Position numbers and translations under genes: made by a program. From the NCBI GenBank assembly GCA_964588495.1, contig CAZPPS010000005.1, positions 27,700 through 91,699 of the forward strand: 64,000 bases of DNA, written 5' to 3'. Positions 40,211-49,515 of this stretch are shown here, one piece after another. The first letter of the stretch is position 1, and every line of letters starts with the position of its first letter. The notes under the pieces are model-generated. The model was not told the origin of the DNA. It saw nothing but the letters and a program-made list of their open reading frames with translations, and did no database searches. The stretch comes from an uncultured bacterium. Its GTDB lineage: Bacteria; Chlamydiota; Chlamydiia; Chlamydiales; JAAKFR01.

Positions 40211-40536
40211 CGTAGCGATTCAAAAAGAAATTTGACGCTTTCTACGATTGCAAGTATCACCCAGGCATTTGGATATGCTGCCTTTCTTACTTTAAAGACA
40301 AAAGGTGAAGAACAAAAAGTGCTTCCATTAAAAGCCGTGCGTAAACCAAACAATATTAATTACTAAGAGTTCAATTGGATTAGGCATAACCGAAAGACCC
40401 TAGCGACAATTATTATAACCTGACCATTGTCCTCCTGGCATCGGGCTTTTTCCTCAAGTGGAAAGCCCTTGAGGGTCTAGATAGTTGATACTTTGGCATA
40501 TCTTTTGCTAGAAGAGGTGATGAAGGTAGGAGCTGT

Positions 40537-40701
40537 ATGCTTTGGTGGACTTTGTTCTTTCTATTTGCTGCAGTCGTAGCAGCTATTCTTGGCTTTGGTG
40601 AGCTTATCACCGGATTTAATAAAGCTGCTAAAATTACCTTCTGGATTTTTCTTGTTCTTTTCGTTGTCAGCGTCATTCTTTACACCCACACACTCCCCTA
40701 A
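40537..40701 (+). CDS. UPF0391/DUF1328 small membrane protein (54 aa)
   Basis: This ORF is not in the ORF track. The translation is MLWWTLFFLFAAVVAAILGFGELITGFNKAAKITFWIFLVLFVVSVILY.., the typical YtjA-like pattern. RBS gaaggtagg lies upstream. Confidence 0.6.
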   Translation: MLWWTLFFLFAAVVAAILGFGELITGFNKAAKITFWIFLVLFVVSVILYTHTLP

Positions 40702-40789
40702 CGATGAGAAATTAAAAACTTGGAAAAGAGCATCCCCTAAACCGGAGAGAACAAGCCGCCTATTTAAACAAAAAAAAGGATTCCACCCT

Positions 40790-40969
40790 ATGCCTAAATG
40801 TAAGAGTCTATTTGAGAAGATAAAAGAGTTTTTCAAACCTAAACCAGCTGATGATAGGGAGAAAATCGCCAAACGCGCTTATGAACTCTACGAACAGCGA
40901 GGCCGGCAGGATGGGCACGAAACTGAGGACTGGCTCCAAGCTGAACAGGAAATTCATAAAAAGAAATAG
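40790..40969 (+). CDS. DUF2934-family small protein
   Basis: The signature is IAKRAYELYEQRGRQDGHETEDWLQAEQEI. The internal ATG at 40790 was chosen because the upstream part of the tracked ORF overlaps the UPF0391 gene in another frame. Confidence 0.6.
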   Translation: MPKCKSLFEKIKEFFKPKPADDREKIAKRAYELYEQRGRQDGHETEDWLQAEQEIHKKK

Positions 40970-41114
40970 GTCCGCGTTTGTAAGCGCAGCCTCTGCAGGC
41001 TCCTCACCCTCTTAGCCTCCAGCTTTTTCCTCAAAACAATTTCTGGCAACACTTTGACAAGATTTCTGAAAATCCGGATAATCTGGAGTTGAGTTACAAT
41101 TTAGCCGGAATTTC

Positions 41115-42272
41115 ATGTATCAAAGAGAACTTCAGGAAGAATTAGAGGCTTTAGCCAGGGATTATCCTGTTGTGACAGTGATTGGACCGAGGCAATCGGG
41201 GAAAACTACCCTGGTTAAGGCGACTTTTCCTCAAAAGCCTTACGTCAATTTGGAGGCTTTGGATACTAGGGAAGTCATTGAGGCAGACCCAAGAGCTTTT
41301 TTGTCCCAATACGCTGAAGGGGCCATACTCGATGAAATCCAGCGTCTCCCCTCCTTACTTTCTTATATTCAAACCATTGTTGATGAGAAAGATCAGAAAG
41401 GGATGTTTATTCTCACAGGAAGCCATCAACTGGAGCTGCATCATGCAATTTCCCAATCATTAGCGGGACGGACAGCGCTTTTAACCCTTTTGCCTTTAAG
41501 TCTGAAGGAGCTCCAGGATGCGCAAATCACCCTTTCACTAGACGAGTATATCTTAAAAGGAGGCTACCCCCGCATTTTTAAAGATCATCTCGATCCTACA
41601 ACTGCTTACCGCAACTACTTCCAAACTTATGTTGAAAGAGATGTCAGACAAATCCTCAATGTCAAAGACTTAGCCCAGTTTCAAAAGTTCATCCGCCTTT
41701 GTGCAGGTCGGATCGGGCAGCTCATTAATTTTGAGAGTTTATGTAACGACGTCGGTGTTTCATCCAAAACAGCTAAAGAGTGGCTCTCCATACTGGAAGC
41801 CTCTTTTATTATATACCGCCTCCAACCCTATTACGAAAATTTTGGCAAAAGAGCGATTAAAACACCTAAACTCTACTTTACAGATGTGGGACTTGCTTGT
41901 TATCTTTTAGGAATCAAGGAGATAAATCAACTAACCCGCGACCCTTTACGAGGAAATCTGGTAGAAAATCTCATTTTTCTTGAGCTGCTCAAAGCCAGAG
42001 TCAACCAAGGAAACGACCCAGATCTCTATTTTTTCCGAGACTCACATGGACATGAGGTTGATCTCATTTTCCAATCGGGCAATGAGCTTATTCCTATCGA
42101 GATCAAATCGAGCCAAACATTTCACAAAGAATTCCTTGAAAACCTCCACTTCTTCCAGGAGCTTGCCGGCACCCGTTCCAAAAAGGGCTATTTAATCTAC
42201 TCTGGCAATCACCAGCGGCTCGGCAACATCGAGCTCCTCTCCTTCCAAAACGCAAACCACGCCATCCGCTAA
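41115..42272 (+). CDS. AAA-family ATPase (AAA_14 + DUF4143 architecture)
   Basis: Walker A GPRQSGKTT, ILDEIQ (Walker B) and the C-terminal restriction-endonuclease-like block HEVDLI....IPIEIKSS. Confidence 0.8.
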   Translation: MYQRELQEELEALARDYPVVTVIGPRQSGKTTLVKATFPQKPYVNLEALDTREVIEADPRAFLSQYAEGAILDEIQRLPSLLSYIQTIVDEKDQKGMFILTGSHQLELHHAISQSLAGRTALLTLLPLSLKELQDAQITLSLDEYILKGGYPRIFKDHLDPTTAYRNYFQTYVERDVRQILNVKDLAQFQKFIRLCAGRIGQLINFESLCNDVGVSSKTAKEWLSILEASFIIYRLQPYYENFGKRAIKTPKLYFTDVGLACYLLGIKEINQLTRDPLRGNLVENLIFLELLKARVNQGNDPDLYFFRDSHGHEVDLIFQSGNELIPIEIKSSQTFHKEFLENLHFFQELAGTRSKKGYLIYSGNHQRLGNIELLSFQNANHAIR

Positions 42273-42466
42273 CCCCTATCTCTCATAAATGTTTGGATAA
42301 TCTGAGACAGAAAAAAATATTCGAAGAAGAGCATTTAGCCATCTAATGCTGGCTCAGGGTAGGCATTTACAAAGCGCTGGCCATTTTGGCCCACATCATA
42401 TTCTTTTGAAATAATAAGATCCGGTCTGGAATCCCCACATTTTAGACGATTCTCGTAAGACCTATA

Positions 42467-42629
42467 ACCTGAGTTTTGGGTTATTTTTCCTCGTAATCAG
42501 CGGATTTTTGTGAGGCAAAATCGCAATTTTTTGCGAAGCTCATAGCGGAGCCCCTATTTGCGAGCAAAAAAGTGCGATTTGGGCCACAAAAATCCCTGAG
42601 GATGAGGGAAAAGAACCCAAAACTCAGGT
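42467..42629. mobile_element. MITE-like element, copy 1 (34-nt terminal inverted repeats, 5-bp target duplication)
   Basis: The TIRs acctgagttttgggtt... (42467..42500) and ...aacccaaaactcaggt (42596..42629) are identical over the outer 16 nt. Flanking direct repeat ctata at 42462..42466 and 42630..42634. Internal hairpin at 42518..42534 and 42564..42580. Confidence 0.7.
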
Positions 42630-43621
42630 CTATATTCGAACTTGGGATAGTACTCCAAAGGCCATGCTAAGGAACGGTGATAATGTACAATGGGAGGAGT
42701 CTCTTTTCCAAAAGAGGCGCCCTCTTCGACCTTCCCAAGTACAAGTGCAATGCTCCCTTCATAACCGTCAATTTTCCCGTTAATCTCGCGCACTTCAATA
42801 TCGCCGGTGAATTGCAACTTGTGCAACCACCCATCCAAGGATTTGTAAGAATCCAGTTTCTTGCCAAATGTGGGAATTTTTGCTTTTGATGCACTATCTG
42901 GTTGGTGGGTGGCAACGACAAATTTTTGACCCTGAGGTCCATCGATTGCCATTTCCAGATTTATATCCATACCAATGGGATTGTTCCCATAAAACAAAGT
43001 CAAGCTGCTGGGCCCGAAGAAAGATCTATCCTCATGAGTAGAGGGATCCTTGTAAGTAAATATCTCACGGTGAGGATTATATTCAATTCTCGTCACAGTC
43101 TCCTCACCGCAGGTTACTGAGGGAAAATCTAAAAATTTCACGTTACCAGAATTACTCCCCACTAAGCTATAAACGATCGAAGGGTTTTCGCTGCTAAAAT
43201 CAGGTGTTTTCAATTCACCAAGGACAAGCACACACTTTGATTTCCCCAAATCAAATCCAACAATTGGTCGATCCAGGCGATACAGACTGCATCCAACACA
43301 TGTAACGTTGCTTACCTGCTCCCCAAATCGCCACGTTTTATTTTCAATAGGGCCGGCCTCTTCTACAACACGCGGTTTGCAACACAACAAGACAGCTGTC
43401 GCAACCAGACCTATTCCAATGGGTTCTAAAACTAATAGAGTATAAGAAAAGTTTTGAATGAGACCGTGCAGTTGCCAGGCTGCAATCGCCGCCCCTACTA
43501 TCACAATAAGTCCCAAAGCTGCGAGGCTCACAAGGGCCGCTTGTCGTGAACAACACCCGGAACTCTCATCTAGCCTTTCAACATAGGGAGTCCCCACCTG
43601 ATTTTCTGCTCTATTCGCCAT
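42554..43621 (-). CDS. Inc-like membrane protein; 3' end supplied by MITE insertion
   Basis: Bilobed hydrophobic segment AALVSLAALGLIVIVGAAIAAW...LEPIGIGLVATAVLLCC. The last 25 codons and the stop lie inside the element. Confidence 0.5.
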   Translation of the reverse strand: MANRAENQVGTPYVERLDESSGCCSRQAALVSLAALGLIVIVGAAIAAWQLHGLIQNFSYTLLVLEPIGIGLVATAVLLCCKPRVVEEAGPIENKTWRFGEQVSNVTCVGCSLYRLDRPIVGFDLGKSKCVLVLGELKTPDFSSENPSIVYSLVGSNSGNVKFLDFPSVTCGEETVTRIEYNPHREIFTYKDPSTHEDRSFFGPSSLTLFYGNNPIGMDINLEMAIDGPQGQKFVVATHQPDSASKAKIPTFGKKLDSYKSLDGWLHKLQFTGDIEVREINGKIDGYEGSIALVLGKVEEGASFGKETPPIVHYHRSLAWPLEYYPKFEYRPEFWVLFPHPQGFLWPKSHFFARK

Positions 43622-43989
43622 TTTTTACCTCATACTTGTATACATTATAATTCAGTATTGCAAATATTGCATTCGGATTTCACCTCCTGGACAGATCGCT
43701 GACAAAGCTTTTGGCGAATTGTGCGAACCTTACTGCGGCAAAGCTCTATCTGATACTCTGATTTTTGATAAAAACTTGTCAAAAAGAAACGCCAAACCTT
43801 TTTCTGTGCATCACATCTCTTTGATTTGAAAATATTTAGAAAAAATCCGGCTAAATCGTAATTCGACTTACAATTTAGCCGATTTTTATCAGAAAAAACT
43901 CCTGCTTCCTCCCCTTTCAAAACGCACGTTCTGCTGTCGGTAAAATTCTTAAATAAGATAGAATCGTTACCTTATTTAAAGGATTTCAT

Positions 43990-44361
43990 ATGTTGACTTT
44001 ATCTGTAATGCAAGAACCACTAGCTGTTGCCAGGCTCAATCCAAAAGATGCTATTCCATCTTGGGCACAAGAAGGCTATTTTTTTTCGATCACCCGGACA
44101 AAAGACGAGCTTTCGATTGTTTGCGAAGAATCGAGAGTTCGTGCGGATGTTAAAGCAGAAAAAGGATGGCGCGCTCTAAAGGTGGAAGGCCCTTTAGATT
44201 TTGCTCTCACCGGCATTCTTGTTTCACTTGCTGCGCCCTTGGCAGAAGCCAAAATCAGCATCTTTGCCATTTCTACCTTCGACACAGATTATATTTTAAT
44301 CAAAAAAGAAAACCTGAAAAAAGCCATCGGCATCCTCTCCACTTTTTGCAAAATAGTTTAA
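43990..44361 (+). CDS. ACT-domain protein (ACT_7/CASTOR-like, 123 aa)
   Basis: The pattern is LAVARL........W......FFSITRT.DELSIVC....V.....E.GWRALKVEGPLDF.LTGIL..L..PLA.A.ISIFAIST.DTDYILI. Confidence 0.7.
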   Translation: MLTLSVMQEPLAVARLNPKDAIPSWAQEGYFFSITRTKDELSIVCEESRVRADVKAEKGWRALKVEGPLDFALTGILVSLAAPLAEAKISIFAISTFDTDYILIKKENLKKAIGILSTFCKIV

Positions 44362-44540
44362 GACCGCTGCATTGCCTTAAATTTCTGGCAACTAGAAAAT
44401 TCAGCAAAAAATCGGTCTTAACTAGCCGTTTTTCGATCCCGACTTTGACAGTTATTTTGTAAAAGTCTTGCGATAAACAGGATGTGAATAAAAATTTTGG
44501 CACAACACACACTATTTCCTCAAGAAAGAATAAGATGGGA

Positions 44541-44569
44541 AGGATCGCAAGCGGCAGGATAAGCAGGAT
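44541..44569. repeat. type B repeat arm, left bracket of GxxExxY gene
   Basis: aggatcgcaagcggcaggataagcaggat is the reverse complement of 45011..45039 with one mismatch. Confidence 0.8.
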
Positions 44570-44662
44570 GATGTAACCGTTTATACTCCAATTTTCTTCT
44601 CCCAAAATTCACCAACATGCCTACAGTAATGCCTGAAGCTTTTAGGTAATTTATTAATTGAG

Positions 44663-44737
44663 CTAGTGCTCGGTCAAGCCTTTTGTGAGGGCTTTGAGGC
44701 GGCCAAACTCCTCACAAAAGGCTTGACCGAGCACTAG
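44663..44737. repeat. perfect 28-bp hairpin (19-nt loop)
   Basis: ctagtgctcggtcaagccttttgtgagg (44663..44690) pairs with cctcacaaaaggcttgaccgagcactag (44710..44737). Confidence 0.9.
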
Positions 44738-45019
44738 GTGTTCATTATGTATTTGTTCACAGCATTTCAATTCAACAATCACCCTTTCATTAATGATCAG
44801 ATCAGCTTTGTACATGCCAATTTTACGGCCTCTGAATGCTACCTCAAACCCTTTTTCAATCTGTACAGAGAGCCCCTTTTCTTTCATTGCTATTGTTAGT
44901 GCATTTTTATAAACTGACTCGAGAAAGGCAACACCAAGTTCATTCATTACATCAAAGCAACATCCTAATATGCTTTCAGTTAATTCAAAATGTGGCATTT
45001 GTGTTTTACTATCCTGCAT
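44663..45019 (-). pseudogene. GxxExxY-family (PD-(D/E)XK-like) gene, C-terminally truncated by hairpin element
   Basis: The N-terminal 94 aa fit the family (ILGCCFDVMNELGVAFLESVYKNAL...KADLIINERVIVELKC). After HNEH, the reading frame runs into the 28-bp palindrome, which supplies the last 24 codons and the stop. Confidence 0.6.
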
Positions 45020-45039
45020 ATCCTGCCGCTTGCGATCCT
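45011..45039. repeat. type B repeat arm, right bracket of GxxExxY gene
   Basis: The sequence is atcctgcatatcctgccgcttgcgatcct, and it contains the gene's start codon. Confidence 0.8.
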
Positions 45040-45207
45040 CTTATCTTGTTATTGCTTTTAGATAGCAGAACTTTTTATACAAAATTTAGCGCGTGTAAAC
45101 ATAAATAATTTATGCACAACATTTTTAATAAAAAATTTCTCACATTCAGTGATTAAAATAAATTTTATCATGCAAACTGCCAAACTTGGGGTTATTTTTT
45201 ATTTTTC

Positions 45208-45250
45208 TATCCTGCCGCTGAAGCGATCCTGTCTATCCTGTTTCTTATTC
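45208..45250. repeat. type B repeat, pyrimidine arm copy
   Basis: tatcctgccgctgaagcgatcctgtctatcctgtttcttattc resembles 6941..6990 and 45011..45050. Confidence 0.6.
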
Positions 45251-45318
45251 GTTTAAGAGAATTACATTCCTGTAATCACGATTTTATGGCACAATTTAGG
45301 GCTTAAATCGGGGGCATC

Positions 45319-45831
45319 ATGCCAGAGATTGCAGCTCATTTTTTTTGGTACTGCACAGTTGCAGGAGTTGCCCTGTTTCTACTTCAGCTTTGTTTAAATC
45401 TGATTGGAATTTCTATTGAAGATTTTGATACGGGCTTTAACTGGTTATCCAAGCAGGCCTTGTCGGGTTTTTTGCTGATGTTTGGGTTAGTAGGGCTGAC
45501 CTGTACAAAACAATTTGGACTCTCTTATTTTGTTTCCATAGTTTTGGGTGGGCTGGCAGGGATTCTCGTTATTTTTGTCACCGGCTGGATTTTTCGGATG
45601 GCGAAGGGGCTGCACAGCTCGGGAACTGTTTTTAACATTGAAGATGCGGTTGGCAAAGAGGCAACGGTTTATCAGCGCATTCCAAAAGACGGGATGGGAA
45701 AAGTGACCCTATCTCTTCACAATTTGACACATGAAATTGATGCGGTAGCAGACATGGATCTCCCCTCTTTTGTTTCTGTCACTATTTTTGAAAAAATTAA
45801 CGAGACAACTGTAAAAGTTGTCTCAAGGTAG
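45319..45831 (+). CDS. NfeD-like membrane protein
   Basis: Three or four TM segments followed by an OB-like tail (GKEATVYQRIPKDGMGKVTL). It lies immediately upstream of the flotillin gene. Confidence 0.7.
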   Translation: MPEIAAHFFWYCTVAGVALFLLQLCLNLIGISIEDFDTGFNWLSKQALSGFLLMFGLVGLTCTKQFGLSYFVSIVLGGLAGILVIFVTGWIFRMAKGLHSSGTVFNIEDAVGKEATVYQRIPKDGMGKVTLSLHNLTHEIDAVADMDLPSFVSVTIFEKINETTVKVVSR

Positions 45832-45842
45832 GGTTTTGTTTT

Positions 45843-47198
45843 ATGGAAATGACATATATGGGCTTCACAGTGATCTTTTTTGCTTTATTTATCTTTTCAA
45901 CGCTCATCTTTTTGGCAAAGCTCTACCGTAGATGCCCCTCCAATAAAATTTTGGTGGTATTTGGTCGTATGGGCGGGAGCAAAACCGTACAATGCTACCA
46001 TGGAGGGGGCACATTTGTCTGGCCTTTGATTCAGGGAAGCGCCTTTCTTGATTTGACACCACGCACCATTCATATCCCTCTTAAAGGGGCGTTGTCACAT
46101 CAAAATATCCGCATTAACGTGCCCAGCACATTTACTGTCGCCATTGGCCTGATGCCTGAGATCATGAATAACGCAGCTGTCAGATTGCTCGACTTGGATC
46201 ATAGAGGCATTGAATCGATGGCCACAGAAATTATTATCGGTCAGCTCCGTCTGACAGTTGCTTCGTTGCGTATTGAAGAGATCAACCAGGACAGAGAACG
46301 TTTCCTGGAAGCCATCAAAAAGAACATTGAGCCAGAGCTCCATAAAATCGGCCTAACGCTGCTGAATGTCAACATCACAGACATTACCGATGAGTCTGAA
46401 TATATCGAAAGTATTGGAAAAAAAGCCTCGGCAACAGCTGTCAACCAAGCCAAAATTGATGTCTCTGAGCAGGAAAAACAGGGAGAAATTGGAAGATCTG
46501 TCGCCGAAAAAGATCGGAGAGTTTCAGTGGCTGCTTTGAATGCAGAAGCAGTCCTTGGAGAAAACGAATCTAGAGCTCAGATTGCTTTGACAAATGCGAC
46601 CCTTTCTGAAAAAGAAGCTGAGGCCACAAGACGCTCTTCTGTTGCCAAGCAAAACGCTGAAGTTGAAATTCAGAAAGCGCGCGCTTCTGCCCAAATGCAA
46701 TTGCTCGAAGCCGAACAAGTTGTCCCCAAAGAAATTGCCAAGAAAATCATCCAGATTGAAGCAGAAGCGGAAGCGCAGCGCAATGTGTTGATTGCTAAGG
46801 GTGAAGCTGAATCGATCCTTGCGATCAAACAAGCGGAAGCGGAAGGAATTCAGAAATTATTAGACGCTAAAGCTAAGGGCTACAAACAGCTTGTCGAAGC
46901 GTGCGGTCACGATGCCAAAAGCGCTTCTACGATGCTCTTGATCGAAAAATTGGAAGAGATTATCAAAATCCAGGTCGAAGCCATTAAAAGCATCAAAATT
47001 GACAAGATCACCGTTTGGGATAGCGGCTGTAATAAAGATGGGCAAGGCTCTTCAACTTCCAACTTTATCAACCAATTTGTGAAGTCACTCCCCGCTCTTC
47101 ACGATGTCGCGGCTCTTGCAGGGCTTGAGCTTCCTGAATACCTAGGCAAAGTTTCCGAGGAAGAGAGTCTTGAAGAGGAGATCGCTCACCTGAAGTGA
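45843..47198 (+). CDS. flotillin/SPFH-domain protein (YqiK-like)
   Basis: N-terminal TM segment and SPFH region, then an A/E/K-rich coiled coil (EAEAEAQRNVLIAKGEAES..KQAEAEG). Confidence 0.85.
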   Translation: MEMTYMGFTVIFFALFIFSTLIFLAKLYRRCPSNKILVVFGRMGGSKTVQCYHGGGTFVWPLIQGSAFLDLTPRTIHIPLKGALSHQNIRINVPSTFTVAIGLMPEIMNNAAVRLLDLDHRGIESMATEIIIGQLRLTVASLRIEEINQDRERFLEAIKKNIEPELHKIGLTLLNVNITDITDESEYIESIGKKASATAVNQAKIDVSEQEKQGEIGRSVAEKDRRVSVAALNAEAVLGENESRAQIALTNATLSEKEAEATRRSSVAKQNAEVEIQKARASAQMQLLEAEQVVPKEIAKKIIQIEAEAEAQRNVLIAKGEAESILAIKQAEAEGIQKLLDAKAKGYKQLVEACGHDAKSASTMLLIEKLEEIIKIQVEAIKSIKIDKITVWDSGCNKDGQGSSTSNFINQFVKSLPALHDVAALAGLELPEYLGKVSEEESLEEEIAHLK

Positions 47199-47252
47199 TT
47201 CTAAGGACGTTTGTTATATTAATAAATCCTTTAAAATAGTATAGTTAAAGGC

Positions 47253-48041
47253 ATGAGCACACAGTCCATATGCAACAGTTCTACGGCTAGCAGTTTTAAG
47301 GATATAATCCTGCCCACTATTCAGGCGGTTTTAGCCATTACGACAGTCGCCTTAGCCATTATTACAGCGCTTGCTGCGTGTGAGATTGGTCTTATGAATG
47401 TTGTGAGTTCCTATGCGTGGGCTTTTGGGGCTGGCGCTGCCATCAGCGCTATAGGCATCGCGATTTGCCAGTGCCTCAAGAGTTGTTGCGGGCAAACCGA
47501 AGAAGAGCGGCTTGATGCTCGCTTGAAAGAAATACTTGCAAAGTCAGCAGTAAAGAGAGATCTAGCGGATGCCAAGAAACAACTTGAAAAAGATAAGGCG
47601 AGGCTGGCAGAGCTAAGAAGTCAGAGGGATCAGAAAAATGAGCCGATTGAGTCAGGAAAGCAACAACGGATTCTTCTCATAGAGGGTCATAAGAAGCGGA
47701 TTCTGGGCTTGTCTAGACTGATTGAAAACCATCAAAGAAAACAAATAGAGGCCGACGATTATCTTAATGGTGACAAAACCCTACAAGCCGCTGCGAAATA
47801 TCTATTTGTTCCCGTCTCTATAGATCCCGATTTACTGATTCGTGCAGAAAGAAGGGCGAAAATTGTTAAAAACAACGCTGAAACCGCAATTCACAGTGCT
47901 AAATTGCAGATCGAAACGTTTGAAAAGCAGCATCGACAATCTCTTGCTGCTAATGAAGAAATTATCGGCGCAGAAGCTGCCGCAGAAATTGACAAACAAA
48001 TGCTAACAGTGCTGGCTGAGCTTGAGTCAGTAGTTCTCTAA
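47253..48041 (+). CDS. Inc-like membrane protein with coiled-coil tail (262 aa)
   Basis: Bilobed hydrophobic segment ILPTIQAVLAITTVALAIITALAAC...AWAFGAGAAISAIGIAICQCL followed by charged helical sequence. Confidence 0.55.
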   Translation: MSTQSICNSSTASSFKDIILPTIQAVLAITTVALAIITALAACEIGLMNVVSSYAWAFGAGAAISAIGIAICQCLKSCCGQTEEERLDARLKEILAKSAVKRDLADAKKQLEKDKARLAELRSQRDQKNEPIESGKQQRILLIEGHKKRILGLSRLIENHQRKQIEADDYLNGDKTLQAAAKYLFVPVSIDPDLLIRAERRAKIVKNNAETAIHSAKLQIETFEKQHRQSLAANEEIIGAEAAAEIDKQMLTVLAELESVVL

Positions 48042-48165
48042 TCAAATCAATATAAGCTCCTCCCTTTTTTTTAACAGAATCACGCTATCCGCTAGCAAAT
48101 TGATCTAAAATTAATCGAAGCTTAATAAAAATTTTTCCGTGCGTAAGCTCTCACTGAAAATTCCT

Positions 48166-49359
48166 TTATAATGCGGTTGCTTCATATTTAGGGATAGTAA
48201 TGGTTGCTATGCCATTAGAAATTGTAAGAGAGGCTTTAGCAAAATCAGCATCAGCCAAAAAAGATAATACGGCAACTCGTTGCTTTTTCCCTTGGTTTGT
48301 GTGCAACCAGAGGGTTCTATTCTTTTTGTCCATGATAACTGTTAATTGTCCTGTTTCAACAGAGCTTCTATCAAACCCGGCAACTTCGCCAATACACGTA
48401 TAAGATTTATCTAAATTATGGATGAGTGCTTTGATTTCTTCAATTGGTTCGCTTATTGGAACTTTCTTGGGAGTATAAGGGATAAGCTCAAATTGATTGT
48501 TGACCATTGCAAATTGGGTGGAGTCTGCGGATATTCCACAAAAAATATCATTTTTTTCGATCAGCAAAAGCCGCTCTTGCTCGAACTTCTTTTGAAGTTT
48601 TCTAAGAGATTTGACAGTGTCAGGGGAAAAATCGTAATCACAAGGGGTTTTAGGGTTATCTTCAAAATATGTATCCAGCCGATCTAAGTTGTTAGTTGAA
48701 AGATTGTACAATTCATCACAAAAATAAAAACTAATCGGATTCATAACTTTTCCATCTTCATCGAAAATCATATAGGAAGGTAGACAGGCACTTACAAACT
48801 GATTCGAGGAGTTGATATAGATTTCAACATTAAAGTATAAATGGTCTGGATCATTCTTTAAGACTTCTCCCTTACTATTTTTAATATGCTCAAGGGGGCT
48901 TTTTATTTCGGAAAAAAATTGTCCAGGCAATTGGGATGTAGCACCCCTAGAATAAAGTAGGTGTGGGTTTACAATAAATGTTGGCTCTTGATTTTTATAT
49001 GCGTTTGCAAGTTTAAAAAAATCTAAAGTGCTTTGAAGGAGGTCCAGCTTAATTGTTCCTGTGAGTTTATCAGAGTTTACAGGGCCATTAATGCCTGATT
49101 GCACAAGAGGCAAAACTTTTTCGGGAATTTTAACGACTTCTTCTCCGCTTCGTAGGGTCGCAATCAAAGCCCCAATTGCCAAGGTTCCAACAAAACAGGC
49201 CCCGCCTATCCCGTAGGCCCAAACCGGCATAATTTCCAAAGCTGCCAACACAACAAATGTGGCCAATAGCGCTGTCGCTGCAGTTCCTGAAAGCCCTGCA
49301 CTCAAGGCCGTCCGCGTATCTGCCACGCCATTAAAAGAATAACTTACTGAAAGCGCCAC
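48166..49359 (-). CDS. Inc-like membrane protein with possible Hsp20/CS-like C-terminal beta-sandwich (397 aa)
   Basis: GTG start. Bilobed segment GTAATALLATFVVLAALEIMPVWAYGIGGACFVGTLAIGALIATL. The C-terminus RVAVLSFLADADFAKASLTISNGIATITIPKY is ACD-like. Confidence 0.5.
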   Translation of the reverse strand: MALSVSYSFNGVADTRTALSAGLSGTAATALLATFVVLAALEIMPVWAYGIGGACFVGTLAIGALIATLRSGEEVVKIPEKVLPLVQSGINGPVNSDKLTGTIKLDLLQSTLDFFKLANAYKNQEPTFIVNPHLLYSRGATSQLPGQFFSEIKSPLEHIKNSKGEVLKNDPDHLYFNVEIYINSSNQFVSACLPSYMIFDEDGKVMNPISFYFCDELYNLSTNNLDRLDTYFEDNPKTPCDYDFSPDTVKSLRKLQKKFEQERLLLIEKNDIFCGISADSTQFAMVNNQFELIPYTPKKVPISEPIEEIKALIHNLDKSYTCIGEVAGFDRSSVETGQLTVIMDKKNRTLWLHTNQGKKQRVAVLSFLADADFAKASLTISNGIATITIPKYEATAL

Positions 49360-49423
49360 AAAACCCTCATTTTTTTATGACAGGATCATAAGATATATTT
49401 GTTAGAGTCATATTAAGACCGCT

Positions 49424-49496
49424 GCCTCTTTTTTGTATTTTTTAAGTGGGCCTAGAATTTTGGTCCGGTAGGGCAAAAATTCGAGAAATGTGGGGA
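49424..49496 (-). pseudogene. ~72-nt fragment duplicated from the interior of gene 52836..54737
   Basis: By eye, roughly 60 of 72 positions match 53419..53490, and the first 23 nt are identical. The fragment's translation contains a stop. Confidence 0.6.
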
Positions 49497-49515
49497 CGTT
49501 GCATAAAACAATTTC

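Noticed and set aside
40589-40789. The N-terminal 67 codons of the tracked ORF 40589..40969.
   Set aside because: This part overlaps the well-patterned UPF0391 membrane-protein ORF (40537..40701) in another frame. The recognisable DUF2934 domain starts after the internal ATG at 40790, which has its own RBS.
43645-43920. A 91-aa basic, Cys-rich ORF on the minus strand in the spacer before the ACT-domain gene.
   Set aside because: It has a TTG start and no RBS. It spans a region with short inverted repeats (aaaatccggctaaat / atttagccgattttt) that looks regulatory. There is no supporting similarity.
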